64,000 nucleotides of DNA from Adineta vaga. Its lineage: Eukaryota; Animalia; Rotifera. The position numbers were made by a program, and so were the translations under genes. The stretch covers positions 9,858,001-9,922,000 of the forward strand of contig CP075493.1 in the NCBI GenBank assembly GCA_021613535.1. Reading direction: 5' to 3'. Shown piece by piece: positions 1-14,582 of the stretch. Under the pieces are notes generated by a model. That model made no database searches. It was not told the DNA's origin and worked only from the letters and a program-made list of their open reading frames with translations. The number at the start of each line of letters is the position of its first letter. The stretch's first letter is position 1.

Positions 1-3000
1 AAGTAGAACAATGGAAGAGACCAAGTGAATTCTTAACATCTGAAAAGGTAACGAACGATAAACTGATTGAAATTGTTCCATTTCTCAAGATTATAGCCTC
101 CCGTAATTGTCGATTCGGAACTTGGTCTTCAAAATTTCGATTTGATTACATCAAATGAACATTTACATTATAATCAAGTATCATTCTCTGATATAATCTT
201 GTTTTAGTTCTTTTACTTTCTTTAATATAGACAATGCGAAATATTATTAGTCAAATCATCGCTCTTTGGGATATCTGTCGAAAAACTACAAACAAACCTT
301 TCGACACTACTGATAGCATACATGGCGACCATGGGTAATTTGAGTAATTTTATTTCATCGAGAAAAAAAAGTAATATTTTCTTCATATTAGGAACATATT
401 TATGCTTTGAATAAAGTATCAAAACAACCATTTATTACTCCGTATAATCCTGCAGGAAAATATGTTGTTCGACTTTTCTTTCTAGTCTGCGCAAGAAGAT
501 AAAATTCTTAAATTTATTTTCATTCTAAACATAATATTTAGGGTTCCTGGCGTAAAATTATTGTCGATGATACTATACCATTTGATTCAAATAATCAATG
601 TCTTCTACCACAAACGACGTTATCGTATGAACTATGGCCAATGCTTTTATCCAAGGCTTTATTAAAAATTCTTTCTCTCGAGTAAAAGAAAACAAACTAT
701 TGAATTTCATACAGCCAATTCTTTTCTATGTTTCTAGTTTCAATGTATTAGATGACGTTACTGAATGCGATGAAACATCCATTGTTCATTCTCTTACCGG
801 TTGGATAGCAGAACCTATTCCTCTCAAGTAAAAAAATGAACAAGAGTAAAATTTGTACCAGAGATTAAAATTTTAACTGTACTTTAGATATACTCATACT
901 GAGAAAGTTTGGAATTTTCTTCGCCACGACCGTTCAAATAGACAAGTTTCTGAAAATGAATGTTATTCAAGATCATCATTTGGACCGATACCATTATTTA
1001 AATGGCGTGAACCTAAAACTGATTCACCAGAAGAAAGTTCTGTAACTAATAGAAGTTCAATATGTTTTTCTAAACAACAATCGATTGATTTACAAGATGA
1101 TAAAAGTTCAAAAAAAGGACGAACTCCCATTATCACCAAAGATCCGTCTGTTAATAAACCAATCAGTTCTAAAGGTAATCGAACGAGTCAGATATTTACA
1201 TTCTTGATATAAAACAAAGTTCCTTTCATTAGTGAATAATATCAAAGATACGAAGAAAACAAATGTCACTGTTCGTGAAGATAGTATACCTGCTACTACT
1301 GCTTTTGCTAATCAAATTACTGTTGAAGCACCAAAAATGATTGTTTTCGCCATGACATCTCATTTACAACCAACACGTCTTAGTTCGTTCGGTGAAATAG
1401 CTGATCGAAGTGAACGATCAAGACGCTATAATCTAAATGAAACATTCTCTACACCAATCTTATTAACTTCAATTCGAGATATTCCATTAGAGCCACCATT
1501 ACCAACTGAATTTGTACCTGCCTGGAAACTGATTCGACCAAAGAAAACAAAACTATTACCTAACGCTGAACCCACCAGTAAATATGAAATTGAAAAGTAA
1601 GTTTTCTCCTGAATAATTCTTTCTTTTAGCTTTAGAAGAGTCGAAACCTGAACGTTGGATTGAAATCTCTTCACCATATATAAACTATCCTTCAACGAAT
1701 CTTCTGCAAATGTAATGACTAATATATTTTATTAGTATTTTCTTTTATACCTGTTTTTTCTTCAAAGAAAAAAATCAATGACTCGATCACATTCATTGGA
1801 TAGAGATGCAGTGTAAGAGCATATTATCACTATATTATCAATATTCCTATCTTATTTATAGTTCTGTAAGTAGACCGTCACGTTTATCTCGTCGACGGAA
1901 ATCGGATATGAATGGTATCGATGAAGAAGAAGATAATAAAAATAATGATATGTGCGACATTCTCACTCATGTAAGTTGCGATAAAATTGAATTTTGAAAA
2001 AGATTCTCAATCTTTTCGTTTAGTTCAATCCAAGAGATACGCCAGATAAACTCGATGAATCTATGCGTAGTACAGGAAATAAATTTAAACGTGAAATATC
2101 TGTTGATAAAACTAAAGTAAGAGGATAATTTGTTTTACCTATAAAATTTAATTAAACTTTCAATAGCTTCGAAGAAAGTCGTCGGTTTTTAGCACGAAAA
2201 TATCATTAGATGTTATGTCAATAAAGAGTAAAGGTTAGAATGAATCACAATAAGCATGAAATACTAACATGAGTTATACGGATAATGTTCTAGATAATGA
2301 TGCTGATTCAACGATCACACCGATGGATGTAAATACCACTAAAGATCATATTCAACAACAAATTTTATTAAAGAAATTTCGTTTAACACCAAAAATCTGG
2401 ATGAATTTTGATGATTTTTCTACTTGTTTCACGTCAGTTAAACAATATTTATCGGCATTTCTTAATTACTCTATTGTAGTTCAATAATTGTGTTTCATAA
2501 TCCTGATGGTTATCAATATATGAATAAACATACAGATATCAAGGTAAAAAGCAACCTTTTGTGCACATTGTTAGTTCTAATTCTTCTATTTTGTTTCACA
2601 GTTTACGCCTTACCAACCAGTAAGACAACCCCAATTCGATCTGTATGATGTTTCATATTGATTGATATATTTCCGTTTCAGCCTATCGCCACTCCTGTAC
2701 AAAAAGAAAGAAAAAAAGAATTAATTCAACAAGTAATTCCACAAATACCAGTAAATAATTCTCTTACTCTAGTTTATATCGATCTGATATTCTTCTTATG
2801 ATAGAATTTACAAGATGATAAATCAGTCATGTATCTTTTTGTCGATAGTACACATGATACAATGGATAAAAATATTGAATTAGTTATCAGTTTAACATGT
2901 CTCTCACGATGGCACGATGCTTTTTTCAATGATACTATTGTATCAAATGATAAAACTGCTCGTGGTATAAGTATATCAATCGAAAAACCTTCGACGGATT

Positions 3001-6000
3001 CAATTTTATCTAAATCTATATGTAAGTAATATCTTATTCTAGTTGAACAGAAAAATATAGTTTTCATTTTTGATCAGTATCACATAAAGAGATTATACCA
3101 CAAGCAGGTTCATTACTTGCTGAGATCTATTCGTGGAAATCTCTTTCACAAGGTCAACCTATTCTTCGTCTACATACAACAACAACTAAAGGTGCTCTAT
3201 TAACATTACCACCTGGGTAAATCTTTCAAAAAAAAACATAAATAAAAATGAATCTCACGTTCTCTTCTTCAAAAATTCTAGTCGTCATGTATTGAAACTG
3301 ATTAGTACATGTTCATTTGCTTATAATCTGCAAATTCTCTCTGATACGAATGATTTTATGCTTGGTGACGAAGATCAATTACTGAATAAACTAACATCTG
3401 TACCTGTAGGTTTATCATTCATCTTTCTATCGAATGAATTAATTCCTAACGTTATTCTAGGAAGATGTAGAATGTCAAATTCGCGCAGAAGAATTTTTTC
3501 TTGCCTTAGATGATTCGATACAAAATTTTCATCTAATCGATCAACAAACGAATAAATTACATGATTTTCTTCGGTTTCATTGTCAACAAGCGCCTGCATC
3601 ACTGAAACTTACTTTTGCAAGATGTCTACAAGCATTTCATCAGGCACTATATGCTACACTTCGAACAATGATAAATACATCAAGTTCAACGATTCATGCT
3701 GATACACAATTTGCTTGGAGGTGCTATACAAATGATCTTTCGACACCAGATATCTTAGCTGCATATGAACCAAAACGACCGAGTAAAGATTTACATTCGA
3801 AACAATAAATTTGAAATTGTCTTTTTTCTAGCTGCTCCAAGTGCAGGACGTCATTCTGCACGAACCGGTGGAAGTTCTTCTATTTCGTCTACCGGTAAAA
3901 AAACGAATATGGGAAAAGATAAAAGTTTAGATGAGAAAAGCACTGTAAGACAACAATTATCATTATCACATTCATTACCTTTGCCAGAAGTACAAGGTAA
4001 ATCGAAAATTTAGATAAACGATATATATATATATATGTTTTGAAATACTTCAAGAGTTATCATCAAACTTATTAACGCGTGAATTGAGTTCAAATGAATT
4101 ACAATCTGTTACAAATATACAAAAAACTGCGCGAGGATATCTCCAACGTCGAATTATGCTTGCACGTACAAGTGGAACCGAAAAAAATTTACTTACTCAA
4201 CGATTATTACAATCAACAATGACAACACTTAAACTTGAACCAATGAAATCTGCTTCACTTTTATTCAAGTAAATTTTCATTCGAATTTTGTATCCATTCG
4301 TCTTTTCTTTTTGTTAAAAGAAATCTTCTATCAATTGAACCACGATTAGTTCAATGTTTCGAATTTCGTCATGATGATTGGAATATGATTACATACCGAG
4401 ATTACAGTGGAATTTATCAAGAACAACCAGTAAATACTTGGTTTGTCTTAATGCGGTAAACTAGGCAATTCAACATTCAAACTATAATCATTTCGCTTGG
4501 TTTTTTTTTGCAGAGAGATCTTTCATACTACTACAGAGAATGTCATCGTTGCAAAATTTCTTTCTCATCTACCAAATTCTGTACTGCGTGTTATTAACAA
4601 TGATACCTATGAAGAAATGTCACTTGTTTTCAATCGTTTAGCACCACAAAACTTTGCGAAAAATAAGGTAAATATCTTTATAAACAGAAATGAATCGAAT
4701 CTATATTTTACTTTCTCAATCTATAGAATGGTTATACATTCTTTGTGGAAGGCATATCAGCAGATCAATCTATTCCTAATGGTCGTTTTCGATTACGATT
4801 GATAACATCCTATACACAATTACCTGAAATGCGTACGGAACAAATTACATCAACATTTAATACTAATGAAATTATGAATTATTACATTCCAAATAGAGAA
4901 CAAATCATATGCAGGTTCAAAGAAGAGAAACTTTATCTACAAGGAATACAAAAGAATCCTTTTTCGTTTAGATATCGAGTTATTGTTGCCGATGACATTA
5001 ATCAAACTGGTCGTGGTTTTCATTTAGCTAGTCTTCGTTTTCAAACATCCAAATCGGATGTATTGATGCGTTTAACTATTTCGGATAACAATGAAGAATT
5101 GCTCCGTGTAGAAGGAAAAGGATGTCTTGTAATACCTGCGATACTTTTCATGCGTAATGTTACGAATACAGTTCTTCAGCCACCACCTCTACCACCGCCA
5201 CCGATCCAACAACCTGCATCAACAAGATCAATATCGAAAACAGGAGGAGGTTAAAATTTTTCATCTAAACATTTTTATTATTTACTTGTTGATGAATTTA
5301 GGAGCACGTAAAAAAGATGGAAATCGAACCACTCTTGGTGATACAACACCATTGAATAACGTTAATCGATCAGATAGGGATACGCTTGTAAGTTTTCATG
5401 CTTTCTCTTCAGAAATGAAAATTCTTTGGTAAAAAAATGATCTTTTTCTTATGATTTAGAGACCCTCAAGTCGATCAGAAGTGACAAATATTGAGATTGA
5501 AGAAAAAGTAAAGTGATCGAGTACAACTCAAACGTTAGCTAAAGTTTTTTCTCATTATTTTTTAGTTTCATAAGTATATTATTCAAGTGACACTACTTTA
5601 TAAATCATGGCCATTAACACCAACTCAATGGCAGTTTGTTGAACAACTCAAAGATCAAGAAAAAAAAGAATTGAAACGTATACTTTTTTATACTTGTCTT
5701 ATTACTCATGAATTCATTTGGATATAGCTTCCAATCGACAACAAACACCGACGAAAACGGATCGATCTCCAAGTACTTCAGCAACAACGAAACGAACAAC
5801 AAGTCATGGAAATACAAATACATCATCCTCAACCACCACCACCAAAGGACGAAATAGCTCTACAGGAACTAAAGGTAATACATCAACTGCATCTACACGA
5901 CCAAGTACAGCAAAAGGAAGTACAGAGAAGACAATCGATAAAAATAAACCTCATTGGATATTACAAATTGTCTCTGATGCAGATAAAGCGGTAAGAGAAT

Positions 6001-6899
6001 GAATTCGTGTTTAAAGATATATGAATTTGTTTTTCTTCTGTTGATTAGGACGAAATAACGATAAAGAAGGATACTGAACGACATGATGAATTAATGAATA
6101 TTAAAAAAGCATGGGAAACATTACAAGTTGGTCGTGCTGAAAAAGCAATGAGATCAAGACAGAAATTTCTTGAATCTATTCACGTAAAAGTTGATGATCA
6201 TCCATCATCTCAAATCAGTGATAATTCAGAAACAGTAATCGATAATCGTACAATTAGTTCTCCTATCATTGAACAACCAGAAATGGTACGGCAACCTTCC
6301 ACAATGAAAAAATCTTCATCATCATTATCAAAAAAAACCTCTGTCAAAGATGATCTTCTAAAACAAACAGAACTAATCCCAACAGTTCTTCCACAAGTAA
6401 AATCACCAATTGATGAACCACTTCTAAATGAATCACCAAGTAAACCAAAATTAACATTACCATTACTAGATGTTAAACCATTTCTTAAGTAATTCACTTA
6501 TTTTTAAATCCAAGATATGCACATCTGTTTATTTCTAGACAAAAATTACTTTCAGAACGACCCGTTCTATTCGATACATTATTCGAACAAGAAGATATGA
6601 AACGTCGCCAGAAAAGTTTTATGGAATATTCGAAACGTCTGAATGATATTCGTGTCGAACAGAAAGATGATAAAAAAACTCGTTACAAAGAAAAACTTCG
6701 TCAACTAGAAGAATATCTTGACTTACAAGCAAAAATCGATCAGACACGTCGAACAACAGATGAAGCACGTGAAGCATTTCGACAACGATTTCTTGAAAAG
6801 GAACGTAAACGTTTGGAAGAATTAACTTTACAAGAACAAAAACTAACCATTAAATCAAAAGCAACCATTGCAACTGGAACAACAAAGAAGAAAAATTAA
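1..6899 (+). CDS. ADGB: Androglobin (calpain-like domain, permuted globin split by an IQ motif, coiled-coil tail); multi-exon, 5' end outside the window
   Basis: Spliced exons read WKRPSEFL, FDLITSNEHL, WRPWEHIY, YNPAGKYVVRLFFLGSWRKIIVDDTIPFD, YELWPMLLSKALLK and HSLTGW, typical of androglobin. IQ motif IQKTARGYLQRR at ~4115-4155; KPHWILQIVSD and IKKAWETLQVGRAEKAMRSRQKFL near the C-terminus; stop at 6897-6899. One apparent frameshift at ~313-322. Confidence 0.92.
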
Positions 6900-8798
6900 A
6901 CTTCACGATATTGACAATGTCTTATCATATTGAATAAATAAGCGATATTATTTTATGAAAGAATACTTTATCTTTTTACAAACATAACTATTTAATATAG
7001 GAATGAATCATTATTCTTTGTATTTGAAATTATTGAAGCGAGATTTTCGATTAAATAGAAAACTCTACAGGATACAACTTTCAATAGTCTCTTTATTATA
7101 AGAAAGAAATATCAAGTATCATTGATAATGTCGTATAAAAAGAGTGCATGTATATAAGTTATGACTTACAAGATTTAAGCCGTAAGAAAAAGTAACGATA
7201 ACTATGTTCTTTCAAGTACGAAGAAAAACAACATTCGTAGCAGTAAAAATTTTGTCCGAGAAGTTTGCTATTCGTTAATCAAAATAGTGCCGATAGTCGA
7301 ATATTTTTAACTTGTACTGTCACCTGTTAATCGTTACTATTCTGTGAATGGCAAAACAACCTGTATTTTGATACAAAATATGAAAATATAAGATTCGTTC
7401 CATACACTAAACTTCAACGGTCATCTCTATTCACTGTACATGCAAGAAAACATTCGAAAAGTAAAGCCGCAATAAAATTTCTTCTTTCTTTCTTTCAAAT
7501 ATGTTTGGCATTTGAATTCTTTAATAATGCTATGGAGGTGCGAATAGTCGATCAGGATCATATTTAACATTTTCTTATTTGACTATACTATATCAGGTTT
7601 AGCATTCAATATTGATCAAGTCTCGAAACGTTTTCAAACGTTCCAAAATATGTACCTACTTCGTTTCGTTCTGCTTGAATCAATTGCCTTGAACTGTACA
7701 TACACATGAATAGCAATGAAGGATATTCTATTAGATGTTTCTTTTTATATATAAATGTTGTCTAAATTCAATGATTTAGAATTAATACATTACAAAAGTA
7801 TATGCATATTCTATGAATAACGATATGTAGATGTAGTTAAATCAATAGTTATTCTTTCTTCTACAAAACACAGTCATATACAAATCTTAAAGATCATATA
7901 ATGAAATTCTTATCGCTATTTTCACAATGAGTTATAGTTATAAAGATTGTTATCGTACTGAAAGAAAACCGATGTAGAACTTACTATGATGAATACCTTT
8001 TTATGATTAACATCGTTAAAATGAATAAGAAGAAGAGAAAAGAAGAAGTAATTCAAAACTATACACATACATTTTCTTCTTTTTCTCGTCTTCGTTTTAT
8101 ATTTAATTTGATACATTCGTTTACTTTGTACTTTGAAAAAGTAGGCGGAGAATAAGACAGAATTCTTTGGATGAGTATTCATTGCTAAGATGAGACGAAG
8201 ATGAATATTTGAAGGTCAAGAAAGAAAAAAGAAACGAAATACTACTAATAATTTGTATGTTAATAGAAGAAAAATCCTGCTGTCATAAATATCTTAGTGA
8301 ATAAACAAAACACTTCGGTATGTTTAATGAAGGAGAAGAAGAACATAGGTGGACATAATCGATATATATATATACATATATTCAATCGTTTCTTTTTTTG
8401 AACTGTTCGATCAATAAGATTTAATCCGATGAAGAAAAAAAAAGGAATTTTATATCATCAGCTTTCTTTTGCAATATTTGCTTCCGTTTTTTCTTCTCTA
8501 TTTCTCTCTTTAATCATAGAAAGAGAGATTATGCGACGAAATCTTTTCGTCAAGCAAACATAACGTTAAACTTGAGAAAAAAAATACGAACGACGCCATT
8601 TACCATCATCATGCTATCGAATCACTTATCCTGTACGACACAAAAAGTGCTTGCGCGTGTCTAACTATATGCATAATACGTATATAAGATTTCATTCAAG
8701 TGTAAGTAAATGCAGCATATATATATATATATATATTTGTAAATCTTTTGCTAATTTATTCACTAGAATCAGTAAAAAACGTGTTATTTATATAAAAA

Positions 8799-11733
8799 AT
8801 GTCTTCGACTATATTTTCTCAAGAAAATTCGAGTACGGTACAAACACGTCGTACGCCAACTAGAAATGATGATATAGAAAATAATACTCAACGAGAAAAA
8901 AATCATCGTAGTTTAAGCGGCAAATTTCGAAATTTATTTCGAAAAAGTTCAGCTTCACCTAATCGTCATAGTACGAATGAAAGAATTTCATCACCTCAAC
9001 CAACAACAACAACAACAACAACAACAACACGTCAACAATCAACATCTCCAGAACCATTTCGCACCTCAACTGAATCACCACTTCTTCGTGCACCTCTTGT
9101 TGATTGGTCATTTGGAAAGAAGAAAACACGATCACCATCAGAAACGAAACCAAAAAAGAGTCGAAAAAGTAAAAAGAAATCCCTACCATCTATAGAAGCG
9201 ACTGCTCCTGTTCATACTGTTGAATTTGAAACATCTACAAATGGTCATACATTCGTACCCAGAACGCCTGAACCTGCACATGGTGGTGCAATGGGGCGAA
9301 CTCAATCTTCATCTAGTTATGAAACAGCAACAAGAGGATTTCGTGATTATACAATTATTGACAATTCTAAACCATCTCAGCAGGTAATAAAAATAAATTC
9401 GCTCTATTTTTCTTTCTTATCCTATAAATAACATCAAAATCATTAATTTGAATCCTTTGTCAATATACTTCATTTTTTTACATCAAAGCCTATTCTTTTC
9501 TTCTGTAAAATAGGTCATTACATCGAATGTTGATGTTATAACTCCACCATTATACACATCCGATTTACGTCGCTCACCAATATTAGATCATCAAAATATT
9601 CATTATGGGAATATTGATTATTCTCGTCATTATGATACTTCAGTTCCTTCTTCAGGAAATCGAACTATATCCAATCTTGAAATCATACCAGGACCAGCAC
9701 CACAACGGCAAGTGAATAGTACACTTCAAAATTTAGTGAACAATACACCAACACTTCCTCAAACAGCTGTTTATCCATCATCAGGAACGTTTACTACAAA
9801 TTCGAATCAGTGGAAAGTTGAATCAACTACCTCTCTTGACGATAGTACCGATTTTCGACAAGACCCTTCTCCGGCGAAGTTGATGTACCAAAATTACATT
9901 CACCCACGATATCATTTGATAATAGAACAAGTAAAACAGAATCTAAACCAATTGATTCACATTTGTATTCGAATGAAACCTATCATCCATCATCGACTTT
10001 GAATAAATTTGATCGACCATATATTAGTACATACAATCCATTACCTGACACAGAATTTGTTCATAATACAAATTCAAAATACAATGGTAAATTTAATTCT
10101 TTCAATTTATTTGAAGAAAATCTTCATTTATTTTCACAGATAACACATATCCGTGGTTAAGTGCGATTGTTCAACATCATATGCGTCCACCTTCTACAAT
10201 CCATACCAGTCACCCATGGATTCTTCCATCTACATCTTATCCAAATCATCGTTTCGATGCATCAACCACTACATTTCGTGGACCCAATTTTCGAGAATCA
10301 TCATCACCTATCGATGGTTATATTCGTCCATTAACACCTTCCAAATCACCTATTCAACCCGATGTTAGTATCATTCATATTGATCCACTTGATGATATAA
10401 GATCGGGATCACGAACGTCACATACAACTTCATCTGACTTACCAATAACATATCGTAGTTCAGCAACAATCTATACTCGCGATAAACAAAACTTTAGCAA
10501 TGGTGGTGAAGTTCGAACCTGGAGTCTTCGTGATAATGATGATGATATGACTACCAGCCAAAAATCTTCAACATCAATTTATATTGAACGTACACCAAAT
10601 GATCATCAAATTATTCCATTGAAAGTTCCAAATGATTCGTCTTATAAAACAAAAATCTATGGAACAGAATTAAATGGTTATAATGAGCAAAAAGAGGGTA
10701 GATATTCGACTGGATACGACTATGATCGACGTCAACATCAACAATATTTTTATGATGCTCGATATTATTCAAGTAGTCAATATTCCGGTAAGATCGAAAT
10801 ACAGTTTCAATCACATATCTATGTACATGAAAATTTCTGGTTGAATAGATTCTACTATAGATAACAGAAATTATACACGATCACCGATTAGTAGTGAACG
10901 AGACAATAATTATGATCGATCAATTCATATCCACAAAGATACAGATCAAACACAGGGTAACAATTCAACATATTTTTAATATAAAAGAAAAAAGAACGTT
11001 TTTTTCTTTTCTTTTCTTTTCATCCATAAACAGATCGTCGTTTGTTTTTTTGAGGACCATGTGTGAATTTGTGTTTCATAAGTTTATCTATATTTTAATA
11101 CATATATCAGCCTAAACAACATCATTCCTTCAGATAGCAAATGCTTACATCTTTATGCCTAAAACAGCTTAATTTTCTCTTATTTTTTTACCTGAATGCT
11201 TCTTAATCTACATAACACACAAGTATACAAGTATGTGATGAATAAAATATGATCGATAGTTTTACACATGAGTGAATGGCATGGAAAGACGAAGAAAAAC
11301 TAAAGAAATTCTTGCAGTATAACAATACACATGGACTTGGCAGACTTAAAACGAAATCTTTGTTAATTATAGAAGGAAAACTGAATCTTTGATTTCATTT
11401 TATACTATTCTAGAATCTCTTGGTGGAATGATTCCTTCGAAAAATCCCGACTTATCTCTTCGACATTATACATTAAAACGTACAAATTCTTATCATGGTC
11501 TTGGAATTGTGATATCATCCGATGCTGAAACACATCTGAATCATCGTATTCGTGATGTTGAACCATCCTCTCCTGGTTGTCGAATTGGTCTACGAAAAAA
11601 CGATCGAATTGTTAATGTTAATGGTGTTAATGTTGAAAAACTTGAATTTGCTGATTTACTTATTTTAATTAAAGATGGTTTAAAGCAAAATAATCTACAA
11701 TTTTCCGTTATTAATGAAGCAGTATTGATTTAA
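8799..11733 (+). CDS. Large Ser/Thr/Pro-rich disordered protein with one C-terminal PDZ domain
   Basis: Exons ~8799-9383, 9513-10086, 10140-10787, 10849-10956, 11413-11733 join in phase. The last exon encodes a PDZ (YHGLGIVI...IRDVEPSSPGCRIGLRKNDRIVNVNGVNVE). Needs one frameshift at ~9852. Confidence 0.7.
9001..9029 (+). repeat. (CAA/ACA)n trinucleotide repeat encoding poly-Thr
   Basis: caacaacaac... run inside exon 1 of the PDZ gene. Confidence 0.9.
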
Positions 11734-12098
11734 AGGAAGAAAAGAACACATTTTTTTTATCTTTGTGAATTTCCTTGTTTCTTCATTACGATCGATTTCA
11801 AATGTAGCATAAAACAACAATAAGAAATCGAGTCTTCTTTTGGATAGAAATGAGAGATGTGATTTTTTCCGCAGTATTTTTCAGTCGAATGTAATTTGAG
11901 TAGGTTTTGTTTTTCTTCCGAACATATATATAACAAATGTTCTGAACTGATAACAAAATAAAAGAAGAAGAAGAAAACTAATTGTCCCGATTTCGAATCG
12001 AGAATAACAAACAATCATTGTGGTATTGTTGTTATTGCAGTCAGAAGCTATTCTTACTCTTGCTGATTTTTATTCTATTCGTCTTCTAATCAGTAGCA

Positions 12099-13596
12099 AT
12101 GACAATGCTTCTTCAAAATCGAACAATTTCTATGATTGTAAGTTTCCAATTTTGTATACAATTCATTAGAGATATGAATATCATTTTTATTTAGTTGACC
12201 GTTCCTGAAGTTAAAGAATTAACTTCATCATTTTCACATTCTGTTGATGATCTGCAAGATAGATCAACATTGGTCTCTAAAATTCATAAACCTCCTTCTA
12301 TACCTATCTATCATGGATCAATTCTTCGTATTGAACAACATGATGAAGAACAAAATATATCCGATTTAATTGTACGTGTTCCTAATTATCATCATTCACC
12401 ATCATCCGTTACGATTTCAACATATGCATCGAATATCGATCAATTCAATGAATTCACCACTCGACGAGAAACAAGTTTTAAACGTCGTGCTCCAATTTGT
12501 CCAATTTTAAACGAAAATAAAACTGATAATGTAAATGTAAATCAATCAGAATCAACTATTCGATCAACCAATGCGAAGCGTTTAGCAATTGGACTACGAA
12601 ATCTAAGTCAAGCCTTTGGTAGTAATTGTAAACCAAAACGATCGACAAGTGTCAATCATATAGCAATCATTCCCGTACTTCCTGATGTTGAAATAATTAC
12701 AGAAAATTTTCAAATTTCAACAACATCGAAAAAATCCAATAAGAATCGAAAGGCAGATTTTCTTACTCCAAAAATTCTGTTCATCAAACGGAAATGTTTG
12801 CAAATTAAAAAGAAACGAGCAACATCAAAAACGGATGCAAAAACTAATATCAATGATTCTTCAAACGATAATGAAGTCGAAACAAAACCAACAGATAATC
12901 ATGAAGGTAGCTAAATGAGATGTTTTTCTTTATGTTGGAAATGTTTTAATACTTTAGTTCCACAAGTAATACCTAATATTCCAATCATTGTAATCGATTC
13001 GGATTCATCTTCAACACACCCATACAATACGTTGGATCAAAATACAAAAGAAATCTACCAAACTGAAACATTTATTTTAACAGATCCTATCAATTCATCA
13101 TCAACATCCGATCAAAATATCGATGAAACAGTATATGTTGTTCATCCGAATGGTGATACATATTCAGAATGTTACGAAGTCACTTATCAATTCGATCCCG
13201 AATTTCAACAATATCTTGATCATAAAAGCGAAGAAACATATCTTTCTGAAAGTAAATTCAGACAAATTCATTAACTATGATCGAATATTCTTCTCTAGAT
13301 CCAAATTCAACAGTAACTCGGCTACCTGTTTCCTTCAATAATATCGAAGATAATTCTTCACATATTTATGAAGCACAATCATCAAGTATGAACATAATCT
13401 TTTCTATCATTTCTTTATATTAATCGTATATTTAGTTTATCAATCGGAATTGGTTACACCTGAATTTGAACAAACTCCACTGTTAAATGAAGATTACACA
13501 ATTATTATCGAACTTCTTAAAAATGTTTTACAATTGAATACAACTATCGATGATGGTATCAACAATGAATTCGATTCGCCACGTAAAATAGACTAA
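12099..13596 (+). CDS. Uncharacterised multi-exon protein (low complexity, basic middle, acidic C-terminal half)
   Basis: ATG 12099 starts a short exon with a GTAAG donor. ORFs 12195-12914 and 12915-13274 are joined by a 51-nt GT-AG intron (12907-12957). Further exons run to a stop at 13594-13596, or to ~13672 if one more intron is used. No family recognised. Confidence 0.55.
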
Positions 13597-14052
13597 AAGA
13601 AACGAATATTAATGAAAAAATTTAATCAAAATAGAAATGCTTATTCTAGATTTAGAATATCAACATAAATGAAAATTTCATTCTTTTTCTCTCATATAAA
13701 AATAGAAGCATGAAAAATACAAAAACAGAACATGTAATCAGATCCTTTCATCTCATAATGATTGTTTATCAAGTTAAAATGACTAGTCAAACAAATGTGT
13801 TGGTCATCATCATCTGTTTTAATTGCTAAAGAGAATAAAGTTCTAATCAGTAGATGTCACCCATTCATGAATGCTGATATGTTCCACCATATAAATGTTG
13901 AAAAAACATTTTCTTGAAACCAATCAAATCAATTAACAAAATTTTATCGATTTTATTTCAAAAAGAAATACTTTTACCTATCCAACCCAGAACGATTGAG
14001 ATCTTCTATCTATTTTCAGATCGTTCATCTTTTGTATTCTTAGAAACGAACA

Positions 14053-14582
14053 ATGGCAAAGAGCAAAAATCATACTAATCATAACCAAAGTAGAAATATT
14101 CATTTGAAATCTTGTCTTCTATTTATATCTTCTCAGATCGAAAGGATCATCGAAATGGAATTAAACGACCAATATCACAACGTTTTCCATCTCTATCTGG
14201 AGTATGTACAATCAATAATTCTCTTCATTGTTTTTCCTCTTCATTTCAGGTTGATCCCAAATACGTTCGTAATTTAAAATTCACCAAACATCACAATCAT
14301 GTAGCCCGTAAAAATTTACGTAAATCTTTGAAAGCTAAATTGACTGCTACAAGTAGTACCAGTTCACCAAACAAATCTCTTCGACGTGCAACACCAACTA
14401 AAACAACACCACAAAAATCCTCCTGGACACTTTCATCTTTATTGAAAAATGTTACATCATATTTTACTGGTGAAACAACAACAACAACAGCACAGCAAAA
14501 AAAACGCCCAGTTCGTAAACATCCATCAAAAACTTCCATGAAAGCTGCTACTACAACAACAACAACAGCAGCCAAGAAATAA
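14053..14582 (+). CDS. RPL29: 60S ribosomal protein L29 (eL29) with a long basic C-terminal extension, ~144 aa
   Basis: Exons 14053-14089, 14137-14201 and 14250-14582 give [50 protein letters not shown], the eL29 signature. Confidence 0.9.

Noticed and set aside
1595-1660. Possible second frameshift in androglobin
   Set aside because: Using the donor at 1578 (GTAAAT) gives a 52-nt intron and an open frame (PTTLEESKPERW).
12905-12960. TAA directly followed by an in-frame ATG (ORFs 12195-12914 and 12915-13274), suggesting readthrough or coupled translation
   Set aside because: Both codons lie inside a 51-nt GT-AG intron (12907-12957) whose removal joins the ORFs.
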